Notes: a model not told the origin generated them from the sequence alone. Counted from the whole stretch's first letter, positions 1 to 12,740 are shown. The stretch is 63,990 bases of DNA, filler included, from Pirum gemmata (GCA_002812295.1; 30 parts of 30 records of this genome joined end to end with filler, not necessarily neighbours in it), one strand, 5' to 3'. Numbers and translations are program-made.

Positions 1-300
1 TCTATTGTTGTATTGTTGTATTGTTGTATTGTTATATTGTTGTATTGTTGTATTGTTGTATTGTTGTATTGTTGTATTGTTATATTGTTATATTATGATA
101 TTGTGGTATTGTGGTATTGTGGTATTGTGGTATGGCTGTATGATTGTACAGTTGTATGTTTTGTCATATTTGTTGTACCATAGTTGAGTCTAGGCACAGC
201 TGTACTATATTACTACTCCCATAGTATTGATTAATTGATTGCTTGTTTATTTTTTGGGGTTTTGTCTTGTCTTCTCTTTGCTTTTTATAGATTTGTGTTG

Positions 301-386
301 ACCCCTAACCCTTACCCCTAACCTCTAACCCCTAACCCCTAACCCCTAACCCTAACCCTAACCCTAACCCTAACCCTAACCCTAAC
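301..386 (-). repeat. Telomere-type (TTAGGG)n array in a probable intron
   Basis: (CCCTAA)n on +, starting about 16 nt downstream of the GT donor at 403, with non-telomeric DNA on both sides. Confidence 0.9.
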
Positions 387-403
387 CGTGTATATATAGA
401 TAC

Positions 404-1449
404 CTATTTTCGTGAATGAATTGATTGAGACGTTCCACCATTGATTTAATTCAGACTTACTTTGACAATTCGAAGTGGAATCAGTAATACCATTAATACA
501 ATTTGCAGCTACCCTTTCATACCCTCCATGCCTAATCGAAGAAGATATATCCGCGACTGCATTTAACAGGCCTAAATCTAGAGGTCCATACTGATCGTAT
601 ACAACCAATTCAGCAAACCCGATCCCTTGTGTTGATGTTTCATTTGCCTGTACAATTTTTATTTCATATTCAAATGGGGTTGGCACACATTCATTAGTAT
701 GGTAGTTATAAGCAGTATCACCAGAACAAGCCCCACACTTATTGTAACCGGTAGCCTTATTAATAAACCCGGTATCCGCATTGTTAATAAAAAAACATTC
801 ATCAGTAAATTGTATACACTGTGAAGAGTTTTTATCCACACACTTGTAAAGAAAACTCTCGGTATGATCTGGGTCACCATTACCTATAATGTGTTTTACT
901 TGACCATTAACCAATATTTTCGCACCTTTCATAAAACTATTATGAAATTTTATAGTCAGTATTAGTATTAGTATTAGTATTAGTAACAACTTAGTATTAG
1001 TAATGGTATTAGTATATTGGCATTGGTATCAGTATTGGTATTTGTACTATTAGTGCTTAGTATTAGTATTAGCATTGATGGTATTAGAATTGGTATTTGT
1101 ATTGGTATTAGTATTCGTATCCCTATTAGTGTTTCGTTTTTAGTGTTTAGTGTTTAGTGTTTAGTATTAATTTTAGTATTAAAATATTAATATTAGTATT
1201 AGTATTAGTATTAGTATTAGTATCCGTATTAGTATTAGTATTCGTATTCGTATTAGTATTAGTATTAGCATTATTATTAGTATTATTATTAATATTAGTA
1301 TTAGTATTAGTATTAGTATTAGTATTAGTATTAGTATTAATATTAATATTAATATTAGTATAAGCTAATAATATTTTTTCGCTTAGTAACATAAATAAAA
1401 CCATACCCACTGAATGGCCCGTGTACATTTGGATGATACTCAACTCTCT
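404..1449 (-). CDS. Partial spliced gene: Cys-rich, probably extracellular protein ending in an F-type-lectin/discoidin-like motif; exons about 1449-1407 and 936-404
   Basis: Phase-2 join RVEYHPNVHGPFSG|FMKGAKIL. CTGAC branch point lies before the AG acceptor at 938-937, and a GT donor is at 403. The C-terminal AANCINGITDSTSNCQSKSELNQWWNVSI resembles the A-x-x-x-x-DG...C-x-x...WW-x-V pattern of F-type lectin/F5-8C domains. Confidence 0.6.
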
Positions 1450-1589
1450 CTGTTATATAATGTGGGCAACGGTTCAATTTCATAATTAGTATTATAACAA
1501 ATTATACAGTAGTATGGTAGTAAGGTAGTATGGTAGTATTGAAGTATGGTAGCATGGTAGCATGGTAGGTAGTATGTTAGTATGTTAGT

Positions 1590-1869
1590 ATGGTAGTATG
1601 ACGGTGTTTTGGTGTATTGGTGTTTTGGTGTATTGGTGTTTTGGTGTTTTGGTGTATTGTTGTATTGTTGTATTGTTGAATTGTTGTATTGTTGTATTGT
1701 TGTATTGTTGTATTGTTGTATTGTTGAATTGTTGTATTGTTGCATTATTGTATTGTTGTATTGTTGTATTGTTATATTGTTGTATTGTTGTATTGTTGTA
1801 TAATTGTATAATTGTATAATTGTATAATTGTATTGTTGTATTGTTGTATTGTTGTATTGTTGTATTGTT
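1590..1869. repeat. Octamer satellite (TTGTATTG)n and variants; also at 1-130
   Basis: Direct 8-bp periodicity, which generates the spurious LLYCCIVV ORFs. Confidence 0.92.
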
Positions 1870-1969
1870 NNNNNNNNNNNNNNNNNNNNNNNNNNNNNNN
1901 NNNNNNNNNNNNNTTAATTAATTAANNNNNNNNNNNNNNNNNNNNNNNNNNNNNNNNNNNNNNNNNNNN
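1870..1969. other. Artificial contig spacer N44-TTAATTAATTAA-N44 (first of 29)
   Basis: The same 100-bp block also starts at 3826, 5820, 7799, 9747, 11757, 14399, 16371, 19180, 21157, 23170, 25119, 27108, 30912, 32892, 34901, 36881, 38813, 40825, 43411, 45420, 47429, 50934, 52915, 54923, 56895, 58903, 60892 and 62865. The 12-mer puts stop codons in all six frames. Confidence 0.98.
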
Positions 1970-2119
1970 GGCTTAGGCTTAGGCTTAGGCTTAGGCTTAC
2001 GGTTAGGGTTAGGGTTAGGGTTAGGGTTAAGGTTTGGGTTAGGGTTAGGGTCAGGGTTAGGATTAGGGTTAGGGTTAGAGTTAGAGTTAGGGTTAGGGTT
2101 AGAGTTAGGGTTAGGGTTA
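1970..2119 (+). repeat. TTAGGC/TTAGGG telomere-type array
   Basis: TTAGGC units grade into TTAGGG, with TTAGAG and TCAGGG variants. Confidence 0.92.
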
Positions 2120-2553
2120 GTAATATAATTGTAAGAAATATTTTCAACTTTCCTCACGCTCTATCAAGCATCGCAGAATATATATATATATTATGAATTT
2201 ATAATATATATATATATATATTATAATAACGTCATCGACGTTTACCTCATATTTTAGACCTCTAAGTACGATCCAATTAGTGAACTTTCATAAATGACTT
2301 TACACTAAAAACACCTCAGACCCCCTACCTCCGTTTTTGTAAATGACATGGTTTAATTAACGACGTCATTATGAATGTTCATAAATGACGTCTCCCTAAA
2401 CATCTTAGACCTCCTCCCTCCATTTTTAATTAGTAAATGCTATTGTTTTAATTAATAAAATCATTTTTTGAGCGACTCCCCCCTGTGTCAACTAACAAAA
2501 ATAAAAATATTTTTTATTATGGTAATGTCATACACATTAGTCTCTTATGACTA

Positions 2554-3135
2554 TATAGTGCTTTTCGGTTGTTTTGGCATCATAAAATATACAATAAAGA
2601 GTACCAAATTAATACAATATAAATCCATTTCATTTAATTTGGTATATTTTATAATCTATTTATTCATGTAAAAATGGCAGTTTTAAAGATTATAACCTAC
2701 CAAATAAATATTCAGAGTGACAAAATAAATGAAAAGTACAATACTTTATAAAATATACAATAAAGAGTGCCACATTAATACAATATAAATCCATTTTATT
2801 AAATTTCGTATATTTTATTATCTGTTTATTGATTTAAAAATGTCAATTTTAAAGTTTATAACTTACCAAATAAATATTCAGAGCAACAAAGAAAATGAAA
2901 AGCACAATATGTATTTTACATTTTTATTTTTATTATTATTATTATTTATAGCATTTTTCATTTGTTTTGCCATCATAAAATATACAATAAACGGTACCAA
3001 ATTAATACAATATAAATCCATTTTATTTAATTTGGCATATTTTTATTATCTATTTATTCATTTAAAATGTCAATTTTAAAGGTTGTAACCTACCGAATAA
3101 ATATTCAGAGTGACAAAATAAATGAAAAGCACAAT
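2554..3135. mobile_element. Three tandem copies of MITE family A (about 190 bp; TIR approximately TATCGTGCTTTTCA)
   Basis: Copies at 2554-2743, about 2750-2908 (partial) and about 2947-3135. The same element occurs near 3500, 8828, 8997, 12802, 13437, 17138, 23270, 24980, 32812, 36200, 46962 and 63191. Confidence 0.85.
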
Positions 3136-3300
3136 ACTACAATTTTTTAATTTTTTTTTTTTTCCTTCTTTTATAAATAACACTTTTACAGCCAAACATA
3201 CAATCCAAACTCTGAGAGAAAATTTGAAAATAATTAGCTGCGATGTGCTTTCTGATCATATATTTGATTCTGACGATAATTTGTATTTTTTATACCTTCT

Positions 3301-3418
3301 AAATCCAAACTAGACCCATTAAATCCAAACTAGACCCCCCCCCAAATCCAAACTAGACCCTCCAAATTCAAACTAGACCCTCCAAATCCAAACTAGACCC
3401 CTCCAAATTCAAACTAGA
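3301..3418 (+). repeat. Minisatellite, 6 x AAAT(C/T)CAAACTAGA(CCC), 20-23 bp period
   Basis: Seen directly. Confidence 0.9.
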
Positions 3419-4235
3419 TAGTTTTATGTGTGTATATCTTTATGCTTGTATGTATATGCTTATGTTCGTATGTATATGTTTATGTAAATCTATTTGATGC
3501 AATTTAAATAATTTGGTATGTTTTATTATTTATTTATTTTTCAGTTAAAACAATCGTTTTTATATGTTTTAAAGTGCCAAATAAATAATCAGTGACAAAA
3601 ACAAAAAAAAATGAAAATCACGATATATTTTTGTGTTTGTGTGTTTTCTGTTCTCATTGATTTTGTGTTTTATTGATGTTTTTATTCTCAATATCGTTAT
3701 TATTATCATTTTCAAATTGAATTTTGTAAACGACTTCTGTTTTTGTATTAGTTTCTATAAGCAACTTATTAATATTGTGTTATTGATTATTACTACTAGC
3801 ACTAATAATAATAATAATAATAATANNNNNNNNNNNNNNNNNNNNNNNNNNNNNNNNNNNNNNNNNNNNTTAATTAATTAANNNNNNNNNNNNNNNNNNN
3901 NNNNNNNNNNNNNNNNNNNNNNNNNTCACTTTATTTTTTTACCGTAAAATCACCCAATACCCCCCTTTTTTTTATCGATTATTTAAGATAACATCCATAA
4001 CACTTTAACCACAGAAAACAAATATACTCAAAATAACTACCATTATTTTGATATCTTGGCCCATAATCCCAAAATCAACTTGGCCCGTATTCACAACTTT
4101 AACTATGGAGCAAAAAGCCAATATTTTTTACCAAACAACAAACAGCAAACACAAATTTCGAACATTTGATTTAAAACCCAAAACTCTAAAGGTAAAGAAA
4201 CCTTACCTTAATAACTAACTTTTAACTTACAATAG

Positions 4236-5483
4236 GAATTGAAAATCATCTTTATTCTTATAATAAAAGCCAATTAAAGTTCGAGTTACACAAGCCCTAT
4301 ATACGCTTAAAAACAGTGGGTGCAACCGCTTTAAAAAATTTATTGGAATACGTCATATCTATTGCAAGTGCATTTAATCTGTTGGAAAAAGTAGTGACTG
4401 ATCATAAAAACAAATATGACAATAAAGTTCAGCGTGCCTTTTACACTTCCATCGAAAACTGCGTGGAATTTTATCGTTCAGAATTTTTTTCACAATTAGC
4501 TAAAGAACACCAGCAAAATAATGATAACAATAGTAATACCAGGAAAAAGAAATGTGTTTTATCTACTTTACTGAAATTTCGTATTTTTTCTTCAAAATTG
4601 AGTTTTTTATTTGACGTCGCTGGAGTTTGCCCTGTAACGGGTAATGGGGAAACTAAAGAAAATCACAGGTTACTTGCTTACGTGTATGAATCCATTTTGA
4701 AGGTAAAGTTGGTTACAGATTATTGATTTTGGTCCATTTGTTTATTGTTATTCTTTACAAAACATTTTACTTAATTTGTGTTATATGATCAATATATTCA
4801 TACGCAATGCGTTTTTGTTTAATACATGTTATTCTCTTATATGATCACATTATCATTATATATCAAATGATAGGTGCCTCTAGAAAATTGTCAAATTGGT
4901 ATGTATATTTTAAATTTTATATGGAAATCTTATTATGAGGAGTTAGAACATTTTATAATGGAGGCTAAAGCGCTGACCTTGGTTAAAGATGATATTTCTT
5001 TTTCTGGATTAAAAAAAGTTCTCAGCAGTCTTTTGAAATTACCAAATTTCATGGAATCAGTTCACCAGGTAATTTAGTAATCCTGAACCATTAGAGAGCC
5101 GTTCCTAGATAGGGGGTGGGGGGTGGCGTCAATTATGTACGCTCCCTTACGGCTGAGCTATTTGAATGTTTCTCAACTACCCAGTCATATCACAAATTAC
5201 ACATCGCTATAATATTAATTTAATATTATTAAAATAAGGTATAAATAACTTGTGTTTCAAAAAAACAACAAAAAATAACAGCAATCAAAATATCTAATTA
5301 ACAAAAGAAAATACTTCAATACTTTAAATACATAAACGATATATATATTAAGTTTTATTATGATTTGATTTTTATACGTTTCCCAGACAATTATTCATTC
5401 AGCGATTTGTGTTTACGTCATCAAAAGCAACCAATCCAAAGATATGATTGATCGTTCCCTCAACCCGCTACCCAATCAGTTAA
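4236..5483 (+). CDS. Partial multi-exon gene of unknown function; exons about 4236-4702, 4874-5068, 5387-5483
   Basis: GT-AG junctions keep frame: SILK|VPLENC...SVHQ|TIIHSAICVYVIK. An ACTAAC branch point precedes 4236. Confidence 0.7.
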
Positions 5484-6674
5484 GTAAATTACATATATAA
5501 TTGTTGTTATTCATTGGTAGCAATGCTAAAACAGAAACAGTTATAATTCTTGTATATTATTATTTAGTTTTAATTTGATTATCATGGGTATATTTAATAT
5601 TATGCACTGTTTTATTTCCTTTTTTGTATCAGGCCATTTTAATTTGTTGTTATTGTTGTTTGCTCATGTTATCGTTTTAGTTATAGTCACCATCATTCCA
5701 GTTTGTTATTTTCAACATAATTATTAATTTCAACTTCACTATTATTATTATTATTATTATAATTGTTCTTATTATTGTTATTATTATCATTATCAAAAGT
5801 TTTCACTATTATTATTATTNNNNNNNNNNNNNNNNNNNNNNNNNNNNNNNNNNNNNNNNNNNNTTAATTAATTAANNNNNNNNNNNNNNNNNNNNNNNNN
5901 NNNNNNNNNNNNNNNNNNNAATAAAATAAATAAATAAATAAATAAATAAATATTATATAATAAATAAATATATGTATAATATAGCAGTAGTAGTATATCC
6001 AGTAGTAATAGTATCGGATAGTATTAGCTATAGTAGTCAGTAGACCGAGTAGTAGTAGTCAATAGTAGCTATATTAATAGTAGTAGTGGTATCATATTAT
6101 ATTATAAAAGTGGTGTTAGTATTAATAGCAGTATCAGTAGTAACGATAGACACATCTCATATATAATTAATTAATTGTAGACTAAGCAATAAAAACCAAT
6201 ACAGATCTAGAAAATTAATGTTAATATAATAATTATTTACAATCTTGCGTGATATATTACATTACATTTTGATTATCAGAAGGTATTTTGTCGTCATAAT
6301 TTATTTTACTTATTATTATTCATTATTATTGTTTTTTCTTTTTTTAATTTATCATACAATAGAAGAAATAAAATAAAAGGAAAGAAGTAGTTGTTATTTT
6401 TATCTTTGTTGTTTGGTCATGTTCTTAGATAAATCCATGAGCATTAATATTAAAATGTGATGGTATCTAGTTTAGAATCTGTGTTTTAGGCTATATATAT
6501 GGAACCAGATGTGGGTCTTTCGACCCTTGACCTATATATAGAATATATATAGAAAAGTTCCGAAAAACCCACATCTGGTTCCAACACGTTTTGTTTAAAT
6601 CATCTTTTTGCTTTTCATAACATTGTATACTTTTCTTCACTTTTTATTAATATTTTGGGTAAAATAAACAATGT

Positions 6675-7459
6675 TCATTTTTGGTATATCCTAGAAACAT
6701 TTTGCTTTTGAAGCTGTGGCCTTCTAATATTACGAATATCATCAAGACTACTTATGTTTGGTTGATTGTGGTTATTTACTTTGACATTATTTTTAAGGAT
6801 AGCATTTTCGCTGCTGTTCACAGTTGAATCTACTTTTGCATATTGTTTTGGTCGGCGAAGGCGGCTACCACTAATACGACTTCCAGCAGTACTTGCTACA
6901 GTTTTTTTGATTGTATTTTCATCATTCATAGGTTTAGAGCAGTTTATCACCCTGGAGTCTATGGCTTTAAGGGGCTCCAGAGAGTTTTTATTGCCAGAGT
7001 TATTGCTATCAGAGTTTTTACTGTTGGTGTTTTTACTGTCGATGTTTTTACTGTCGGTATTTTTACTGTCGGTGTTTTTACGGTTGGTGTTACTGTCCTG
7101 TTCTTTGGCATCTTTAGCATGCTCTTCAACATGCTCTTTTATGGTTATTATATTTTTTAGAGACCCGTTCGTAGTAATAGTGTTGGGTGTTGGTATTTGT
7201 GCGGTATCATTTTCTAGCGAGCGGCTGTTAGAGTTTTTCAACACGTCCAAGGTTGTAGGTGGACTTATCCCAGCATTGATTTTCGGTAGTTCAGATCTTA
7301 ATTGAGCTCTTAATATCGAAGAAGGCTTTTGTACTTTCGTTGTTGGTGTGGTAACTTTAGGATTTGAACTTTGCTCAACCACGAAAGAATTTATTTCAGA
7401 TTCAAATGTTTTTGTGCTTTCTTTTTTTGTTTGGATGTCATAACCAAGATAGTTTGCTG
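6675..7459 (-). CDS. Terminal exon of an S/T/N/K-rich, probably disordered protein with pentapeptide (N-T-D-S-K) repeats
   Basis: The 235-aa ORF stays open upstream to a CAG acceptor at about 7461, with a CTGAC branch point near 7510. Confidence 0.7.
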
Positions 7460-7755
7460 CTGTATATATAGATATGCATCGATTTTATTTACCAAACAAG
7501 ATATCAGTGTCAGTGAAATTAATTATTTGAATAAAGAACGGGTAGCATCAACAAAAGACAAGATAATTTTTTTATTACGATTTTTAGAGATTTTGTAATG
7601 TCAAAAAAACCGGAATATTATTTTGCTTGCCTAAATAAGAAATAAAACAGCAAGAAACGCCCAAGAACTTAAATGTGGTATTAAATGAATAAATGAATAA
7701 ATAAACAAAAACTATATCAATATATATCAATATATATCAATATATACATATACAT

Positions 7756-7798
<43 letters not shown>

Positions 7799-8374
7799 NN
7801 NNNNNNNNNNNNNNNNNNNNNNNNNNNNNNNNNNNNNNNNNNTTAATTAATTAANNNNNNNNNNNNNNNNNNNNNNNNNNNNNNNNNNNNNNNNNNNNTG
7901 TGGTTGTGGTTGTGGTTGTGGTTGTGGTTGTGGTGTATGCATAACATATTATAATAAATGATAAATAATGTGCATTTATACAATGTATTTGGTGTTTACA
8001 ATATTATACGTTGTATGATACGAAACCGTTGTAAATAAACTAGCTATAATATAATGGTACTATGTTACCTGTTTTCAACTTTATTGTCTGTATAGACCAC
8101 CTGCTCCTAAAGTGGAAACAAACAAAACAAAACAAAAAACAAAAACCAATATTAATACAATAATAATAATTTATAATTTCTAGCTAGCTATAATATTATA
8201 TTATCGATAATAATAGAACTGTGTATGAGTGGTGTATTATAATATAGACTAATACTTATTTTATTATGATGTATTATATCAGATAAATAGTAATCTTTAA
8301 GTTTGCTACATCATAGCCTGTTATCATATTATACTATATTATGATTAGTACTAAAAGAAGTTCTAAGAGATATC

Positions 8375-8448
<74 letters not shown>

Positions 8449-8996
8449 ATAATAATAGTAGTAGTAGTAGTAATAATAGTAGTAGTAGTAATAATAATAA
8501 TAGTAGGAAACAAATTTCAAACAATCAAACAAACACAAAACAAAAATGGACAATACCAGTAAACAGCTGTAGTTCTAGCTAGTAGTAATACTTATAATAT
8601 AAATATCATAGATAAGTAGATAAGTAGATAAAAATAGACAAGTGCAAAAATTTAATAATAATAAAAAGATTTTTAAAATTAACTATGGTCATATTTAATA
8701 TAGAAGACAGATGGAGATCAAGTATCAGATCAACTTTGAAGTTTGCACAGTTATTAGTTGCACAGTTTTGCACTCCATGACTACTCACTGCTCTAGGTAG
8801 TAGCTAGATAGATATCATGCATAATATTATGCTTTTCATTTATTTTATCATTTAGATTATTTATTTGGTACTTTTAAGTTTATAAACGTGGTTATTTTAA
8901 ATTGAAATATAAATTATTAAACACGTCAAGTTAATTAAATTGTATCAGATAAATTTGATATTGGCATTTATTACTGCATATTCTATTATGATAAAA

Positions 8997-9205
8997 TATA
9001 GTGCTTTTCAGTTGTTTTGTCATCATAAAAATTTAATATACAATAAATAGTACCAAATTAATGCAATATGAACCATTTAATTTAATTTGGTATATTTTAT
9101 TATCTATATATTTATTTAAAAGTGTCAATTTAAATATTATAGCCCCCCAAATAAATATTTAGAGTGACAAAATAAATGAAAAGAGCGATAACTGAAAAGC
9201 ACGAT
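8997..9205. mobile_element. MITE family A, full-length copy with a duplicated end
   Basis: TATAGTGCTTTTCA...TGAAAAGAGCGATA, followed by an extra ACTGAAAAGCACGATA. Confidence 0.85.
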
Positions 9206-11918
9206 AGTAGCTACTACTACTAATGATAGTACCAGGTAGACTATCATACTTTATCGGTAGACTATGGGTGGCGTTCAAATACTACGTAATGCCAATTTCC
9301 AGTCAAATACAGCTTCAAATACCCCTACCTACTTACCCCTCGACGTTAATTTCCGGTCAAATACCACCTACCTACCTACCCCCTGACGATATAATAGAAA
9401 ATAGGGCCATATTCTATATTCAGTCTAGGCTGAATATTTAGCTGAAAAGGTGTCTATATACTACTACTACTATAATATATCTACTACTACTACTATCTAC
9501 GATACTATATATNCTTCAAATACCCCTACCTACTTACCCCTCGACGTTAATTTCCGGTCAAATACCACCTACCTACCTACCCCCTGACGATATAATAGAA
9601 AATAGGGCCATATTCTATATTCAGTCTAGGCTGAATATTTAGCTGAAAAGGTGTCTATATACTACTACTACTATAATATATCTACTACTACTACTATCTA
9701 CGATACTATATATCTAGTACTACTACTACTACTACTACTACTACTANNNNNNNNNNNNNNNNNNNNNNNNNNNNNNNNNNNNNNNNNNNNTTAATTAATT
9801 AANNNNNNNNNNNNNNNNNNNNNNNNNNNNNNNNNNNNNNNNNNNNTAATAATAATAAATAATTATAATAATAATAATAATAATTACAATAATAACTAAA
9901 ATTACAATAATAAAAATACAATAATAATAAGCACAATAACAATAACAAGAAAAAATCAAAAAAAAAATAAAAATTAAACAAGAAACAAAATTATTTTTCC
10001 ACTGTTTTTATTTTTATTTTCACCAATTAATTACTAACAAAACCACTGAATCACGTGACATAAAACAAATCTCTTCAAGACATTTTCATAGCTTTAAAAA
10101 AATACTCTTTAAAAAAATTTTCTAAAAATTTTTATAAAAAAAAAATAATAAGTTTTTTTTTGAATATTTTTGTTTTTCACCAAATTTTATATTTAATTTT
10201 GTCAGCGGTCCTTTTAACTTTATAATAATCAACCATTCCTCATATTCTAAAAAGCACTAAAAGAAAAATTTATCGGTACTACACAAATAAAAATAAAATA
10301 ATAAAATAGTTAGTAAAATTATTAATAATTACAAAAACTTAATAATAATAAAATTTAAATAACAAATAACAAATATAATTATATAATAATAATAATAATA
10401 ATATACTAATTAAAATTATATACATAACTACTAATACTACTTTTTTACTACAACTTCTTTCATTTTATACAACAAGACAATACGGTAATGTAAACGAAGC
10501 CGAACAATAAAACCATAGTCAAGCTTTTCATTTTGATAACACGGTTAGGGATTAGGGTCTTAGTGAAATTAATTGATGTGTTTAAAATTATAATTATAAT
10601 TTGCTATTACGTTGCTTGATGAGTTATGTTCTATCCTTATTACTAATATACTGAATATATCGGTGTTTACTTGGTTTAATTGAAATAAAAATTTGTAATT
10701 ATTAAAGCGAGAAAAAATAACGTGCTAACAAATAATTTGAAATTTAAGGTTACTATAAGGATTAAGAATAGGATTAGGATTAACATTCAGTCCTATTTAT
10801 AAAGAGATTGTGCATATGGGTGTTACTATTATCTTTTCAAGGATGATGGTTGGGGTTGGGGTTGGGGCTGAAGATGTCTTTAAACGTTGGTTAGAGTTAA
10901 GAGTATCAGGGTAATGATTAGGGTTGATTCACGTTATCATTAGGGTTAATACCTCTTTAGGAATAGTTGTTATAGGTTAGTAGTTACAGGTTAGTGGTTA
11001 AAGTGGTTTAGGATGTCAGTTAACTGTGATTAGGCTTAATAGCTTCAGGTTAATAGTTATGGGTTAGTGGTTGTGGGTTGGTTGTTATGGGATAGTGGTT
11101 ATGGAAAAGTAGTTAGTGCTTATCTTTAACGTTTAAAAAACATACATATACTACCTCTTAACCCGAACCCTTTCACTATTTAAAAAAAAACTTAACCCTA
11201 ACCCTCTTTACAATGCACAACAAACGTTGAACTACTACCATAAACTAACAACAACATATTTAATACTAGCCCAAAGAGTGAAAAAAAAATCAATAGTATT
11301 AGACAGTTTTAAGATGAAATAAACAACTCAATATTTTCAATTTTTAATAGTGCAGCAATTTTAAGTAATTGTACGATAATAATAATAACAGCTACAAAAA
11401 TGGTGATAATTATATCGATAAAAACCATCGTTCTGGTTGTGATGGTGGTGGTGGTGGTGGTGGTGGCTAAATGAAGGTAAAACAATAGTGAAGGTTCAGT
11501 GTTCATAATTACAGTAATAGCTATAAAATATGTAACGGTTTATATCGATGCAGATAGTAAATGTAAAAAAATGCCAAAAAATGAGGCTTCTTAATGCTTC
11601 TTAAAAGAAGTATTTACTTTCATCTTGTACTATAGTTTATTTACTACATTAAAATCATACTACTCAAAACTATACATTATTATTTATTTTATTATATTGT
11701 TATTAGTATTATACATATTATATATTATACATTATTTTATATTATTATATATTATTNNNNNNNNNNNNNNNNNNNNNNNNNNNNNNNNNNNNNNNNNNNN
11801 TTAATTAATTAANNNNNNNNNNNNNNNNNNNNNNNNNNNNNNNNNNNNNNNNNNNNAGTAGTAGTAATAGCAGTAGTAGTAGTAGTAGTAGTAGTAGTAG
11901 TCTAGTAGTAGTAATAGC

Positions 11919-11961
<43 letters not shown>

Positions 11962-12219
11962 ATAGTAGCAGCAGCAGCAGCAACAAGATATAATTTATGA
12001 CAATCATCATAATTATAATATGATATTTGCCTAGTTTTGGAGCTGTTTTGGTGCCTACTAACTTGCATCCCTTTCTTTTTGCCCCATAAATAATGACGTC
12101 ATGATGAATTGTTGGGGTAAAGCAGCTGGTAAAACCTTTCTTAAGCTTGCTTGTACACCAATCCTATATAATAAAATGTTATCATGCTCTATTGAATATG
12201 TCTAATTATAACAACATAT

Positions 12220-12740
12220 ATAACCATAACCATAACCATAACCATAACCATAACCATAACCATAACCATAACCATAACCATAACCATAACCATAATCACA
12301 ACTTATAATTATATGTTATGGTTATGGATATTAATATTAAAAATCATATTATTGTTCTAAAAATTAATATTATATAATATATTATAGTTATGGAAAATTT
12401 TATGTAATATAATATCCTTATAAAATATTATCATGCTCTATTAAATATGTCTAATTATAACAACATAATTTTATAACCATAACGTTAACCTTAACCATAA
12501 CCATAACCATAATTATAACCATAACCATAACTAAAACCATAACCATAACCATAACCATAACCATAACCATAACCATAACCATAACCCTAATTAATACCCA
12601 TAACCCTAGCCATAACCATAACCATAACCATAACCATAACCATAACCATAACCATAAAACCATAACCATAACCATAACCATAACCATAACTTAACCACAG
12701 CGTTAACCACAACCACAACCACAACCACAACCACAACCAC
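12220..12740. repeat. (AACCAT)n / (AACCAC)n hexamer arrays (TTATGG and TTGTGG on the minus strand)
   Basis: Seen directly. Two blocks, each preceded by a duplicated flank of about 55 bp. Confidence 0.9.

Noticed and set aside
5..2157. ORFs such as LLYCCIVV, VLVLVL, NPNPNP and RVRVRV, and equivalents throughout the window
   Set aside because: They are translations of microsatellites and telomeric repeats.
3301..3418. CRISPR-like array
   Set aside because: The units are separated by only a few C/T-rich bases with no unique spacers, there are no cas genes, and the context is eukaryotic.
4105..4191. Candidate first exon MEQKANIFYQ... for the 4236-5483 gene
   Set aside because: Its phase-0 donor is incompatible with the open frame of the exon starting at 4236.
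6766..7305. Hydrophobic antisense ORFs (also 17472-18597, 27663-28048, 61309-62530)
   Set aside because: They are shadows of low-complexity coding exons on the opposite strand or in another frame.
9312..9712. Exact 200-bp tandem duplication; similar cases at 20065-20345 and 56500-56700
   Set aside because: Each spans a single N, consistent with unmerged overlapping contig ends.
12010..12163. Possible exon DWCTSKLKKGFTSCFTPTIHHDVIIYGAKRKGCKL on the minus strand; similar GC-richer patches at 34280-34485 and 41600-42005
   Set aside because: No recognisable motif and no partner exon to test phase, so too weak to call.
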